Counted from the first letter of the stretch, positions 28,178-36,821 are shown. The stretch is 64,000 nt of DNA from Oscillospiraceae bacterium (GCA_015067675.1 SVMB01000001.1:65757-129756), one strand, 5' to 3'. Notes: generated from the letters alone by a model not told the origin. Program-made: numbers and translations.

Positions 28178-28999
28178 ATGAAATTATTTGAAACCATGCC
28201 GGACGGCACCAAAGTGCGTCTGGCGGCATATCTGCATGAAGATGAGACCGTTCGCCCGACAATGCTGGTGTGCCCCGGCGGCGGTTATACCGCTCACGCG
28301 GCACATGAGGGGGAGCCGGTGGCGATGCACTGGTACGCTCTGGGCTATCAGGTGTTTATCCTCTACTATACCATCGGCGAAACCGACTCGGTGTCTCTGG
28401 CTCTCAGAGAAATTGCCCGCACAATGGCGCACATTCGCGCCAATGCCGGAGAATGGCACGTGGATGCGGAGAAAATCGCCGTGATCGGCTTCTCGGCAGG
28501 CGCTCATCTGTGCGCAAATCTTTCTGTTCATGCCCATGACACAGCATTTCTTGCTGAAACCGGCCTTGAAAGTGAACAGATTGCCCCCAATACCTGCCTG
28601 CTGATTTATCCGGCGCTGGATATGCGTTTGCTCATGGAACATGCCCGGGAGGATCGGCGTCCCACGTGGAAGCGGGTCATGCTGGGCGTGGAAAACGACG
28701 GCGTGCCGACCGATGAGGACTATCTGCGGGCAAGCCCCAATCTGCACGTGACCGAAAATGTGCCGCCGACGTTCCTGAGTCATTCTTACAGCGATCAGAC
28801 GGTCAGTGTTCTGCATTCTGTCAACTACGCACAGCGGCTTGCCGAATGCGGCGTTCCGTTTGAGATGCATATCAGCGAAGACGGCTGGCACGGCTATGCC
28901 ATGTGTCTGTATCACGGTACGGATCGTCCCGGACGCGATGCCTGTGCCCAGTGGATTCCCGCAGCGGAGCGCTGGCTGCGCAAGCGATTCGGTATGTGA
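28178..28999 (+). CDS. Alpha/beta hydrolase (acetyl-esterase/lipase-like)
   Basis: Oxyanion-type LVCPGGGY, nucleophile elbow GFSAGAH, and a C-terminal His region (DGWHGY). Confidence 0.85.
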   Translation: MKLFETMPDGTKVRLAAYLHEDETVRPTMLVCPGGGYTAHAAHEGEPVAMHWYALGYQVFILYYTIGETDSVSLALREIARTMAHIRANAGEWHVDAEKIAVIGFSAGAHLCANLSVHAHDTAFLAETGLESEQIAPNTCLLIYPALDMRLLMEHAREDRRPTWKRVMLGVENDGVPTDEDYLRASPNLHVTENVPPTFLSHSYSDQTVSVLHSVNYAQRLAECGVPFEMHISEDGWHGYAMCLYHGTDRPGRDACAQWIPAAERWLRKRFGM

Positions 29000-29115
29000 T
29001 GCGGTTTTGCCGCTTTGCGGCGCAAATTTGATACATTACATGGGTTCATTCACTGTTTGACTGTAAAAACGTGCTTTTTAAGGCCGGAAACCGGCTGACC
29101 GGCGTGAATTTCCCC

Positions 29116-29144
29116 TTGTAATTTCCGAAGGAACATGGTAAAAT
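29116..29144 (+). promoter_or_regulatory. Putative sigma-A promoter
   Basis: TTGTAA-17 nt-TAAAAT, about 40 nt upstream of the SD (AAAGGAG) of the 29183 gene. Confidence 0.45.
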
Positions 29145-29182
29145 AAGAATACCTATTATTACCCACAAAGGAGTTGTCTTAC

Positions 29183-30739
29183 ATGCAAAAGTTGAATCAG
29201 GCCCTGCTGTCCGACAAGAGCTTCTGGGAGGGCAAGGGTGCCCAGCTTCCCAAGTATGACCGCACCGCTCTGCCGGTGACCGCCATCTGCTTCTCCATGG
29301 GCCGCATGGGCTTCGGCCACTTCGCCGATATCATGCAGGATCTGCTGGATTCCGGTAATGCTGCCGGTACCATCGCCGGTGTCGAGACCTTCTCCCGCGG
29401 CTATTATGAGAGCCTCCAGGCTTCCGACATGCTCGTTACCCAGATCATCTACGGCAACGAGAAGGGCGCGGCGCTGCCCAAGATCCAGGGCGCCATCACC
29501 CGTGCGCTGTTCCTGGAAGAGACCACCGAGAGCGAAGACTGGCAGGAGCTGCTGGCCTACGCCCGTGATCCCAAGGTCCAGTTTGCCACCATCAATGCCC
29601 CCGAGATCGTCTACGGTATGACCTACTCCGGCGGCGAGTTCGCCACTCCCACCGCTCCCAAGGTCATCGCCGACATGGAGAACGGCACCTACACTTCCGA
29701 CCCCGGTAAGTGGACCCGTTTCGCCCTCGAGCGCTTCAACGCCGGTCTGAAGTTTGCCTTTGTTTCCTGCACCAACTTCTCCAAGAACGGCTTCTTCACC
29801 GGTGCCGTCCTGCGCACCATGGCTCGTGCCTGGGAAGAGAAGGGCTTTGCTCCCAAGGGCTTCCTGGCTTATCTGAGCGATCCTGCCCAGGTTGGCTTCC
29901 CCAACACCATGGTCGACCGTATCGCCGTTTCTCCCGACGACGCCGTCAAGGCCCGTATGGAAGAACTGGATGTGGATTCCGCCGTCATCGTCACCGAAGA
30001 GAACCGTTACTGGGCCATCGAAGATGTGTTCCCCGGCGGCCGTCCTGCCTTTGACAAGGCTCCCGGCGTGTTCATGTGCCCCAACTTCGCCGACGTCAAG
30101 AAGTACGAGGACATGAAGCTGCGTATCCTCAACATGAGCCATACCACCATCGCCAGCCTCGGCGTGCTGCTGGGCTGCCGCGGCGCCTACGGTGTCTATC
30201 GCGGCATGCAGGAGCCCAAGATCGTGGAGATCATCACCAAGATCACCGAGCTCGTCCAGTCCATCATCGAGAAGCCCGCCAGCATCGACGTGGGTGACTT
30301 CATCGCCGATACCTTCAAGCGTCTCAACAACCCCAACATCCCCGACGATCCCATGCGTATCGCCCTCAACGTCTCCACCAAGATCGTGCCCCGTCTGATG
30401 GACACCTACTGGGAAGGCCTTGAGAAGGGCGTCTGCCCCTGCAAGCTCAGCGTGATCCTCAAGCCCGTTGCCGGTTTCCTGCGCTACTGCGCCGGTATCG
30501 ACGACGCCGGTGTCGAGTATACCCTCGAGGATGACCCGATCAAGGATACCCTCATCGCCTGCGGCAAGGCTGCCCGTGAAGGCGTCGATGTCAAGACCGC
30601 TTTTGCTCCCATCCTGACCAATGCCCAGGTTATGGGTAAGGATCTGACCACCGAGCCCAAGGTCTACGACGAGCTGTGCGCTCTGGCCACCGCTATGTTC
30701 GAAGGCAACGGTGCTGTCCGCAAGGTTATCGAAGGCTAA
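29183..30739 (+). CDS. Mannitol-dehydrogenase-family oxidoreductase (fructuronate/tagaturonate/mannitol reductase-like)
   Basis: Start at ATG 29183 (MQKLNQ...). Family blocks: SMGRMGFGHF (dinucleotide loop), NTMVDRIAV, NRYWAIED, KLRILNMSHTTIA. Confidence 0.8.
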   Translation: MQKLNQALLSDKSFWEGKGAQLPKYDRTALPVTAICFSMGRMGFGHFADIMQDLLDSGNAAGTIAGVETFSRGYYESLQASDMLVTQIIYGNEKGAALPKIQGAITRALFLEETTESEDWQELLAYARDPKVQFATINAPEIVYGMTYSGGEFATPTAPKVIADMENGTYTSDPGKWTRFALERFNAGLKFAFVSCTNFSKNGFFTGAVLRTMARAWEEKGFAPKGFLAYLSDPAQVGFPNTMVDRIAVSPDDAVKARMEELDVDSAVIVTEENRYWAIEDVFPGGRPAFDKAPGVFMCPNFADVKKYEDMKLRILNMSHTTIASLGVLLGCRGAYGVYRGMQEPKIVEIITKITELVQSIIEKPASIDVGDFIADTFKRLNNPNIPDDPMRIALNVSTKIVPRLMDTYWEGLEKGVCPCKLSVILKPVAGFLRYCAGIDDAGVEYTLEDDPIKDTLIACGKAAREGVDVKTAFAPILTNAQVMGKDLTTEPKVYDELCALATAMFEGNGAVRKVIEG

Positions 30740-30765
30740 GCGTTAAAAAACCATAGAAAACCATC

Positions 30766-30799
30766 AACGCCGTCCCGGTTTTAATCGGGACGGCGTTTT
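30766..30799. terminator. Hairpin terminator between convergent genes
   Basis: AACGCCGTCCCG-8 nt-CGGGACGGCGTT, a perfect 12-bp stem followed by TTC. Confidence 0.65.
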
Positions 30800-30802
30800 C
30801 TG

Positions 30803-31576
30803 TCAGTTTGGATGACGGCGGCAGGTGTTGAGAGAATCCCAGACTTCGGCGATGGTATCAAAGCAGAGAGCGGCATCGCAGACGATGACATCTGCCTGTC
30901 CAAGCTTTCCGTGCCAGACGGCGCCGGCGGACTCCAGCAGCTCACGGTATCTGGTATACCCGGCGGCAGGATGGCCGCAGTTGCGCACGGTACGCAGGGT
31001 TTCGTTTCCTTCATAGTCGATGGCGGTGACGGGGTAGGGCTTGCTCAGAGCATCGGGATTCATGTACTCGTCGATGGAGTGGAAGAAAGTGTTTTTGTCG
31101 AAGTCCACGCCGATGAGCAGGATTTTTGCATGATGGGTTTTGAGCTTGCGGTAGCTGCCGGATTCCGGCATGGGAGAACAGGCACGGGCATCGTCGCGGA
31201 TGTATTCCTCCGCATTTTTGCCGAAGGCTACAACCGAATGCGCCGGATGCAGGGAGCGCATGATGGTGCGGTCTCCACGGTCGTAGGCGGCGTTTGCCAT
31301 TTCCATGGCAATGCGCGGTACGATACCGATGCAGGGGATGGTGCGGCGCACATCAAAGACCGGCACCTGGCGGACGTTTGAGTAGGTGTGAGCGGGGATG
31401 AGAAGCAGACCGTCCGGTACACAGGCGCGCAGAGCGTCGATGACTACCTCGGCACCGGTCTTTTCGGATGTGTCGATTTCGCCGAGGGCTTTGAGGGAAA
31501 TATGAATTGTGATCGTGTCATCGGGAAGCACGCCGAGGGCACGGATCTGTTGGATCAGTTCGGATTCGGTAATCAT
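30803..31576 (-). CDS. AAC(3)-family (Antibiotic_NAT) N-acetyltransferase
   Basis: Start at ATG 31576 (MITESELIQQIRALGV...). Blocks IHISLKALGEI, GAEVVIDAL, GLLLIPAHTY and SPMPESGSY match the aminoglycoside 3-N-acetyltransferase fold pattern. Confidence 0.8.
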   Translation of the reverse strand: MITESELIQQIRALGVLPDDTITIHISLKALGEIDTSEKTGAEVVIDALRACVPDGLLLIPAHTYSNVRQVPVFDVRRTIPCIGIVPRIAMEMANAAYDRGDRTIMRSLHPAHSVVAFGKNAEEYIRDDARACSPMPESGSYRKLKTHHAKILLIGVDFDKNTFFHSIDEYMNPDALSKPYPVTAIDYEGNETLRTVRNCGHPAAGYTRYRELLESAGAVWHGKLGQADVIVCDAALCFDTIAEVWDSLNTCRRHPN

Positions 31577-31580
31577 GAAA

Positions 31581-31618
31581 TGCACCTCCTGTACGGAGTA
31601 TACCATACAGGAGGTGCA
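31581..31618 (-). promoter_or_regulatory. SD-sequestering hairpin in front of the AAC(3)-like gene
   Basis: Minus-strand RNA reads UGCACCUCCUGUA-12 nt-UACAGGAGGUGCA, a perfect 13-bp stem. The 3' arm contains the SD AGGAGGUG, 6 nt before the AUG. Confidence 0.55.
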
Positions 31619-31691
31619 TTCGCAATGGTTAACTGACGGTATCCGGAGAAAAGGGGAATCAGGATAGGTGTGAAATGCAGGGGTTGCCGGA

Positions 31692-32783
31692 TCACTCCCA
31701 CAGGAGTCTTGTCGTGCTCTTCACGCAGATGCCGTCCTCGCGGGCAGCAAACGCCGACAGGTTTTCCTCACCGTGGTTGATGATCTCCCGCTCGGTGCGC
31801 TCCGTTCCGTCATCGGCGAGATACCGGGTTTCCAGCAGCAGATACGCCGTATCTGCACCGGGAACCAGCTCCTCCGGCAGCGTGCCGGGGGCATATTCCC
31901 TGGCAGAAAGGACCTGATTGTCAGCGCTCATCTCGGTGATCTGATAGGAGAGGGGCGGCTCCATGAGCGCGACATGTATGGTGATCTCACACTTGCGGAC
32001 GGTGCGCTCACCGTTTACGGTCTGCACGCTCTCGCCGTTGATTGTCTGCGTGTAGAGGCTCCCGGTGGCCATGGAATTGGCCCAGGAATAGCCGGAGCCG
32101 GTGGTGACATAGACGGAACCGTCGGCTGCCTGACAGACGGGATTGAAGTAGACGGTGCAGGTATCGTCGGGATCGATGCGTACCGGCGCGCCGGGGATAT
32201 CTTCAGCTGCAGTGCTCTCCGGGGACGTATCGCCCTGGGAAACGGTGACGTAAAGCGTTCCCTCGAGCGTGCGCTCGAGCTTGCGTTCCTCACCGTCGTC
32301 GATCTGGTGGAGCGCCGTCTTGCCGTCGGTCACTCCGTCATCAGTGATGGAGGTGAAATACGAGCCTTCGCCGTCTTCGACATATGCCGTGAAGAAGGAG
32401 ATGCCGTCTACGCCGGGGAATACGTACTCATGGGTGGTGACGGTCTCGCCGTCGTCGTTTGTAAGGGTTTTCTCCCGCAGCTCGGCGTACAAACGGCCTG
32501 CGTAGGGGGAGTTCATCCCCGAAAAGGTCAGATCATCCGGGTCAAACGTGGGGTTTTCATACTTTCCGGCGATGATATCGTCGATGTTGTCCTCAAGCCA
32601 TGCGTCGTGATCGTATAAGTCCAGATGCTCCCGGGTAAGCAGATAACCCACCACCAGATCACCGCTTTTTGAACGGATCTGTGTTTCATCAAAGGCGGGA
32701 TTTGCCAGCGGCAGGGCAAAACCGAGGCAGAATGCGCCGATCAGCACAATCGCGCAGATAATAGCAATGCTTCTAGTCTTCAT
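31692..32783 (-). CDS. Hypothetical membrane-anchored extracytoplasmic protein
   Basis: 363 aa with one N-terminal TM (IAIICAIVLIGAFCLGFALPL) and an acidic, beta-rich ectodomain. No motif recognised. It overlaps the upstream HTH gene by 11 nt. Confidence 0.7.
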   Translation of the reverse strand: MKTRSIAIICAIVLIGAFCLGFALPLANPAFDETQIRSKSGDLVVGYLLTREHLDLYDHDAWLEDNIDDIIAGKYENPTFDPDDLTFSGMNSPYAGRLYAELREKTLTNDDGETVTTHEYVFPGVDGISFFTAYVEDGEGSYFTSITDDGVTDGKTALHQIDDGEERKLERTLEGTLYVTVSQGDTSPESTAAEDIPGAPVRIDPDDTCTVYFNPVCQAADGSVYVTTGSGYSWANSMATGSLYTQTINGESVQTVNGERTVRKCEITIHVALMEPPLSYQITEMSADNQVLSAREYAPGTLPEELVPGADTAYLLLETRYLADDGTERTEREIINHGEENLSAFAAREDGICVKSTTRLLWE

Positions 32784-33000
32784 CTTCGTCCTCCAGATGA
32801 CCGTCGAATTTCAAAATGTCTCCCACGTCGCAGTTTAAGTAGTAGCAGATGCGGTTGATCGTGCCGAAGCGGATGCCGCGCGCCTTGCCCGAACGCAGGA
32901 TGGAGAGATTGGCCTCCGTGATGCCCACCAGCGCGCACAGCTCCTTGGAGGTCATGCCGCGGCTTTTGAGCACCTCTTCCAGATGTACTTCGATTGCCAT
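32773..33000 (-). CDS. XRE-family (YozG-like) small HTH transcriptional regulator
   Basis: 75 aa. LKSRGMTSKELCALVGITEANLSILRSGKARGIRFGTINRICYYLNCDVGDIL is the typical short Cro/C1 HTH of DUF2975-associated regulators. Confidence 0.85.
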   Translation of the reverse strand: MAIEVHLEEVLKSRGMTSKELCALVGITEANLSILRSGKARGIRFGTINRICYYLNCDVGDILKFDGHLEDEDED

Positions 33001-33009
33001 GGGATCACC

Positions 33010-34017
33010 TCAGATGAACAGGTCGTTCTCATCCGAGAGACGACGGTTTTCCGTGATCAGCCGGGCGACGATGAACACGGCAGCGGTGAAGGCAAGACCC
33101 ATTACCGGCAGCTCAAGGCGGGTCTGCAGATCGCTGAGATAGGGAGAGAGGAGGAGCTGCAGGAGATTGAGGCCCGCGGTCAGGCAGGTGGTCAGGATGA
33201 GGTTATTTTTGCACAGCGCGATCAGCTGGGCAAGCTTTGCATCGATCAGGTCGGACTTGCCGCGCACCGATTTCTGCTGTGCCAAGTCCTCGATGAATGC
33301 CGCAGCCTCGGCTTCGTCACTGACGGCACCTTCTTTGACCGCCAGCGCGTCGAGCACATCAACCGCGACCAGTGCGATTGCTCCGTTGAGGATATTGGGC
33401 ACCGCCGCCGCAACGGCACGCAGGATCGCCATCGGCAGATCCGCAGGAAGCGCGGCTGCCTCCTTGCCGTGCACGATGGTCAGGAACAGGGTGATCATCA
33501 CCGCCGTGCCGAAGAGCAGGCATATGACATAGAGAATCACCCGCAGACAGTCAAATATCTGCTTTCTTCCACCGCTTGTAAGCAGACGCAGCAGGTAAAA
33601 TACCAGCCACACCACGGCAAACGACCAGACCGTGCCGCCGAGGACGGCGTGCAGCACCGGCTGCATTTCGGGATCGTATACCGGCAGGGCGTTGGCAAGC
33701 AGTGCCGGGTTTGCCATACACCAGACAGCCGCCGGGATCAGTGCTGCCAGTACGCACAGCACGATGCTCTCGCGCCGCCAGGGCTTTGCAAAGCCCCGGC
33801 GCATCACCGGAATCAGGGGGATGAGCGTGAGTGCCGCCGTCAGCAGCCAGGCAAATGCACTGCCGGGAGTACCCAGTGTACCCAGCCGTGCCAGCGGCTC
33901 AAAGGGAAATGCCGTCACCGCAGTCACAATGCCAAGCCCCATGTCCTGCGAAATATACAGGAGGCTGAGCAGCACTGCGGCAAGTGCCAGCAAAAACAGA
34001 TTGCGGTTGAATTTCAT
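33010..34017 (-). CDS. Multi-pass membrane protein (DUF2975-like partner of the HTH regulator)
   Basis: About 8 predicted TM segments. Start placed at ATG 34017 (MKFNRNLFLL...), 6 nt after GAGGTG. Its position directly upstream of a YozG-like HTH matches a common Firmicute pairing. Confidence 0.7.
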   Translation of the reverse strand: MKFNRNLFLLALAAVLLSLLYISQDMGLGIVTAVTAFPFEPLARLGTLGTPGSAFAWLLTAALTLIPLIPVMRRGFAKPWRRESIVLCVLAALIPAAVWCMANPALLANALPVYDPEMQPVLHAVLGGTVWSFAVVWLVFYLLRLLTSGGRKQIFDCLRVILYVICLLFGTAVMITLFLTIVHGKEAAALPADLPMAILRAVAAAVPNILNGAIALVAVDVLDALAVKEGAVSDEAEAAAFIEDLAQQKSVRGKSDLIDAKLAQLIALCKNNLILTTCLTAGLNLLQLLLSPYLSDLQTRLELPVMGLAFTAAVFIVARLITENRRLSDENDLFI

Positions 34018-34030
34018 GGACGCCACCTCA

Positions 34031-34093
34031 AATTATTGTTTTTCGATAATCTGTGTTTTGATGATATCACATGAATTATTGTTTGTCAATAAT
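34031..34093 (-). promoter_or_regulatory. Promoter with two copies of a 20-nt dyad operator
   Basis: Minus strand reads TTGACA (34089-34084)-17 nt-TATCAT (34066-34061). Dyad AATTATTGTTTGTCAATAAT (34074-34093) overlaps the -35 element. A second copy, AATTATTGTTTTTCGATAAT (34031-34050), sits just upstream of the SD. Confidence 0.45.
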
Positions 34094-34219
34094 TTTTTTT
34101 CGGGGGATTATCCTGTACACAGATCATTTACAAAAATACCTCTTGACAAATCTGGTCTATGGTTATAGACTAAATACAGGTTGGTAACTACCGACCAAAA
34201 TGCACAGGAGGATATTGCC

Positions 34220-34579
34220 ATGGAAGAGCTCAAGCTCTGTGAAAGCGACTATCGATTTATGAATGTGATCTGGGATCACGAACCTCTGGGCTCGGGGGAA
34301 CTTGTGAGCCTGTGCTCGGAGATCCTCGGCTGGAAGAAGTCCACCACGTATACGACGCTGAAGAAAATGTGCGAGAAAGGGTTTGCCGAGAACCGCGATA
34401 CGGTTGTGCGGGCGCTGATTCCCAGAGAGCGGGTGCGGGCGTACGAGAGCGAGCGCATCGTCGAGCGCGCCTTTGCAGGTTCCCTGCCGGGGTTTCTCGC
34501 GGCATTCCTGGGCGGTAAGACCATCTCTGACGAAGAGGCGGCGGAGCTCAAACGCCTCATCGACGAGCATCGCCGGTAA
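34220..34579 (+). CDS. BlaI/MecI/CopY-family transcriptional repressor
   Basis: Start at ATG 34220 after AGGAGGA. Winged-helix block ESDYRFMNVIWDHEPLGSGELVSLC...WKKSTTYTTLKKMCEKGF. It lies directly upstream of an M56 sensor-protease gene. Confidence 0.9.
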   Translation: MEELKLCESDYRFMNVIWDHEPLGSGELVSLCSEILGWKKSTTYTTLKKMCEKGFAENRDTVVRALIPRERVRAYESERIVERAFAGSLPGFLAAFLGGKTISDEEAAELKRLIDEHRR

Positions 34580-34591
34580 AGGAGGTTATTC

Positions 34592-36811
34592 ATGGAAAGC
34601 GTATTCCTGCAGATACTGAACATGAGCATCACCGGCTCCTACGTGATTCTTGCCGTGCTGCTCATCCGCCTGCTGCTGCGCCGGGCACCGCGCAGATTCA
34701 ACTTCCTTTTGTGGGCGGTTCCCGCATTCCGCCTGATCTGCCCGGTCAGTTTTGAATCCTTTTTCTCGCTCTTTTCCCTTCCGGGCTTTGATATGACCCG
34801 CGCCCAGAGCGTGACACCCACCCGGATGGCGTACATCCCTGAGAATATCGGCATGATGGCAAAGCCCGAGATCACCGTGGGCATTCCCGCCGCCAATGCC
34901 TTTATTTCAAGCTCTCTCCCGGCGGCAACACCCATGTACAGCGCCAATCCCATGCAGATCTGGACAGCCGTCGGCTCCATTTTGTGGCTCGCAGGCGTTG
35001 TAGTCCTGCTTCTCTGGGCGATTGTGAGCGTATTGGTTCTGCGGCATCGCATGAAAAAGGCTACGCGGCAGGAAAAAGGCGTCTGGGCTTGCGAAAACGT
35101 CCGCTCTCCCTTTATTCTGGGTATCTTTCGTCCACGGATTTACATTCCCTACGGCCTGTCGGAGGATGCGCTGCATTACGTGCTTGCCCACGAACGCTGC
35201 CACATCCGTCGGCTTGACCACATCATACGCCCGGTGAGCTTTCTTGTCCTGACGCTGCACTGGTTCAATCCCCTCGTCTGGCTTGGCTACATCCTGATGG
35301 GGCGGGATATGGAAATGAGCTGCGATGAGCGGGTTCTGGCCATGGAAGAGGATGTCCGCGCAGACTACAGCCGGACGCTGCTCACCCTTGCCGCCAGCCG
35401 CCGCTTTCTCACCCTCAATCCCCTGGCCTTCGGGGAAACCGGCGTACGGCAGCGCATCAGGAACATCCTCAGCTGGAAGAAACCCGCGGTCTGGATCACG
35501 GTGACAGCAGTTGTGGTGTGCCTGGTTGTGATATTTGCCTGTGCTGCCAATCCCCAGCAGCGCATCGACCGGGAAAAGCTCCGGCTCGGCGCGTGGGAGA
35601 CCGGTCTCATCCTCTCGGAAGAGGCCGTGGACGCCCTCACAGAGCTCATCAACTCCCACCGGCGCACGCCGTACCGGGATACCGGTATCGACGACATCAC
35701 GGACGGGAGTGAGACGAAAATTGTGCTCTACGGAACGGCGGGCGATGTGTACACCGTCGAGTACCGCTACACCAGCGGCTTTTCCTTTGATCCGCGCCAC
35801 TTCGGCGAGGACGATTACCGGACGCTCCTGCACTACAAGAATAATGACCTCGGCATAAAGAAATGCTGGACGATGGAGTTCGACTTTGATGAGAAGTTCA
35901 TCGACTGGCTCAAAACCCACACGCACTATGGAAGCATCCCTGCGGAGGATACACCTCCGTCTGCGGGAGATTTTTACTCGTCATATGTCCCATACGCCTG
36001 CCTGTATATGAATTCTCTGAGCTCCTTTGCACCCTTCGGTGGAGACTCGGGCTACCGATACTATTGGATAGATGACAGCTTCGTTATCGAGCCGCGCAAC
36101 CGTTTTTATGCCGCCGAGGTGATCCCGGCGGAACGCAATGAATGGCAGGAGTTTCCCTACACCGACGAGGAATGGAACGCGCTGTTTGAGCCTGCGATGG
36201 GCAGCATTCTTGCCGATATCAACAGCCGCTGCGACCAAATTTATTATCATCCTTTGAACGGTACACATTTCCTCATGGACGTAATCCACCCTGACGACCA
36301 TCAGCTCTGGCTGGTGGAAATGAAAGAAAATCCCCAGATGGGACGCTATATCTGGAGCATCTACAGCCTTGCCTCCGAATACGCCATGGGGCGTGCAAGC
36401 TGGAACTATCAGCCGTATTACAGTTCAAAGCCCAACGAGTTCCGCTTCGTCTTTGAAAAGAACATTTCCGATCTCTCGCTTTTTACAGACGGCGGCAAGG
36501 CACGCTTTGAAACCACCGCCGACGGTCAGACGATCCTTTACTGGTCACCTATTGCCGCCGACAGTGTGGCAAATCCCCTGTTTGCGCAGGCCGGTATCAT
36601 CCGTTTCTCTTATACGGATGAAAAGGGCAGATTGGGCAATGGCACAATCTACATCGACTGTACAAAAAGCTCCGGCTACGACAAATCCACCTATCCCATC
36701 TCCTATTACACCGCCACCATCGTCGGCACCAACCTCCATCTCAAACAGGATAAAGAATACGGCGGTGGTATCATCACCGATCCCCCATGGAACACCAGCG
36801 ATCCGTCGTAA
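34592..36811 (+). CDS. BlaR1/MecR1-like M56 peptidase sensor with a non-PBP extracellular domain
   Basis: 739 aa. N-terminal TM segments, HExxH zinc motif (LAHERCHIRRLDH), a further TM, then a ~430-aa C-terminal domain with no SxxK/KTG penicillin-binding motifs. Confidence 0.85.
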   Translation: MESVFLQILNMSITGSYVILAVLLIRLLLRRAPRRFNFLLWAVPAFRLICPVSFESFFSLFSLPGFDMTRAQSVTPTRMAYIPENIGMMAKPEITVGIPAANAFISSSLPAATPMYSANPMQIWTAVGSILWLAGVVVLLLWAIVSVLVLRHRMKKATRQEKGVWACENVRSPFILGIFRPRIYIPYGLSEDALHYVLAHERCHIRRLDHIIRPVSFLVLTLHWFNPLVWLGYILMGRDMEMSCDERVLAMEEDVRADYSRTLLTLAASRRFLTLNPLAFGETGVRQRIRNILSWKKPAVWITVTAVVVCLVVIFACAANPQQRIDREKLRLGAWETGLILSEEAVDALTELINSHRRTPYRDTGIDDITDGSETKIVLYGTAGDVYTVEYRYTSGFSFDPRHFGEDDYRTLLHYKNNDLGIKKCWTMEFDFDEKFIDWLKTHTHYGSIPAEDTPPSAGDFYSSYVPYACLYMNSLSSFAPFGGDSGYRYYWIDDSFVIEPRNRFYAAEVIPAERNEWQEFPYTDEEWNALFEPAMGSILADINSRCDQIYYHPLNGTHFLMDVIHPDDHQLWLVEMKENPQMGRYIWSIYSLASEYAMGRASWNYQPYYSSKPNEFRFVFEKNISDLSLFTDGGKARFETTADGQTILYWSPIAADSVANPLFAQAGIIRFSYTDEKGRLGNGTIYIDCTKSSGYDKSTYPISYYTATIVGTNLHLKQDKEYGGGIITDPPWNTSDPS

Positions 36812-36821
36812 AATACAGGAA

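Noticed and set aside
32983-34074. A 363-aa plus-strand ORF rich in Arg, Gln and His.
   Set aside because: It is antisense to the membrane-protein and HTH genes, which have clear TM and HTH features. It has no SD and no motifs.
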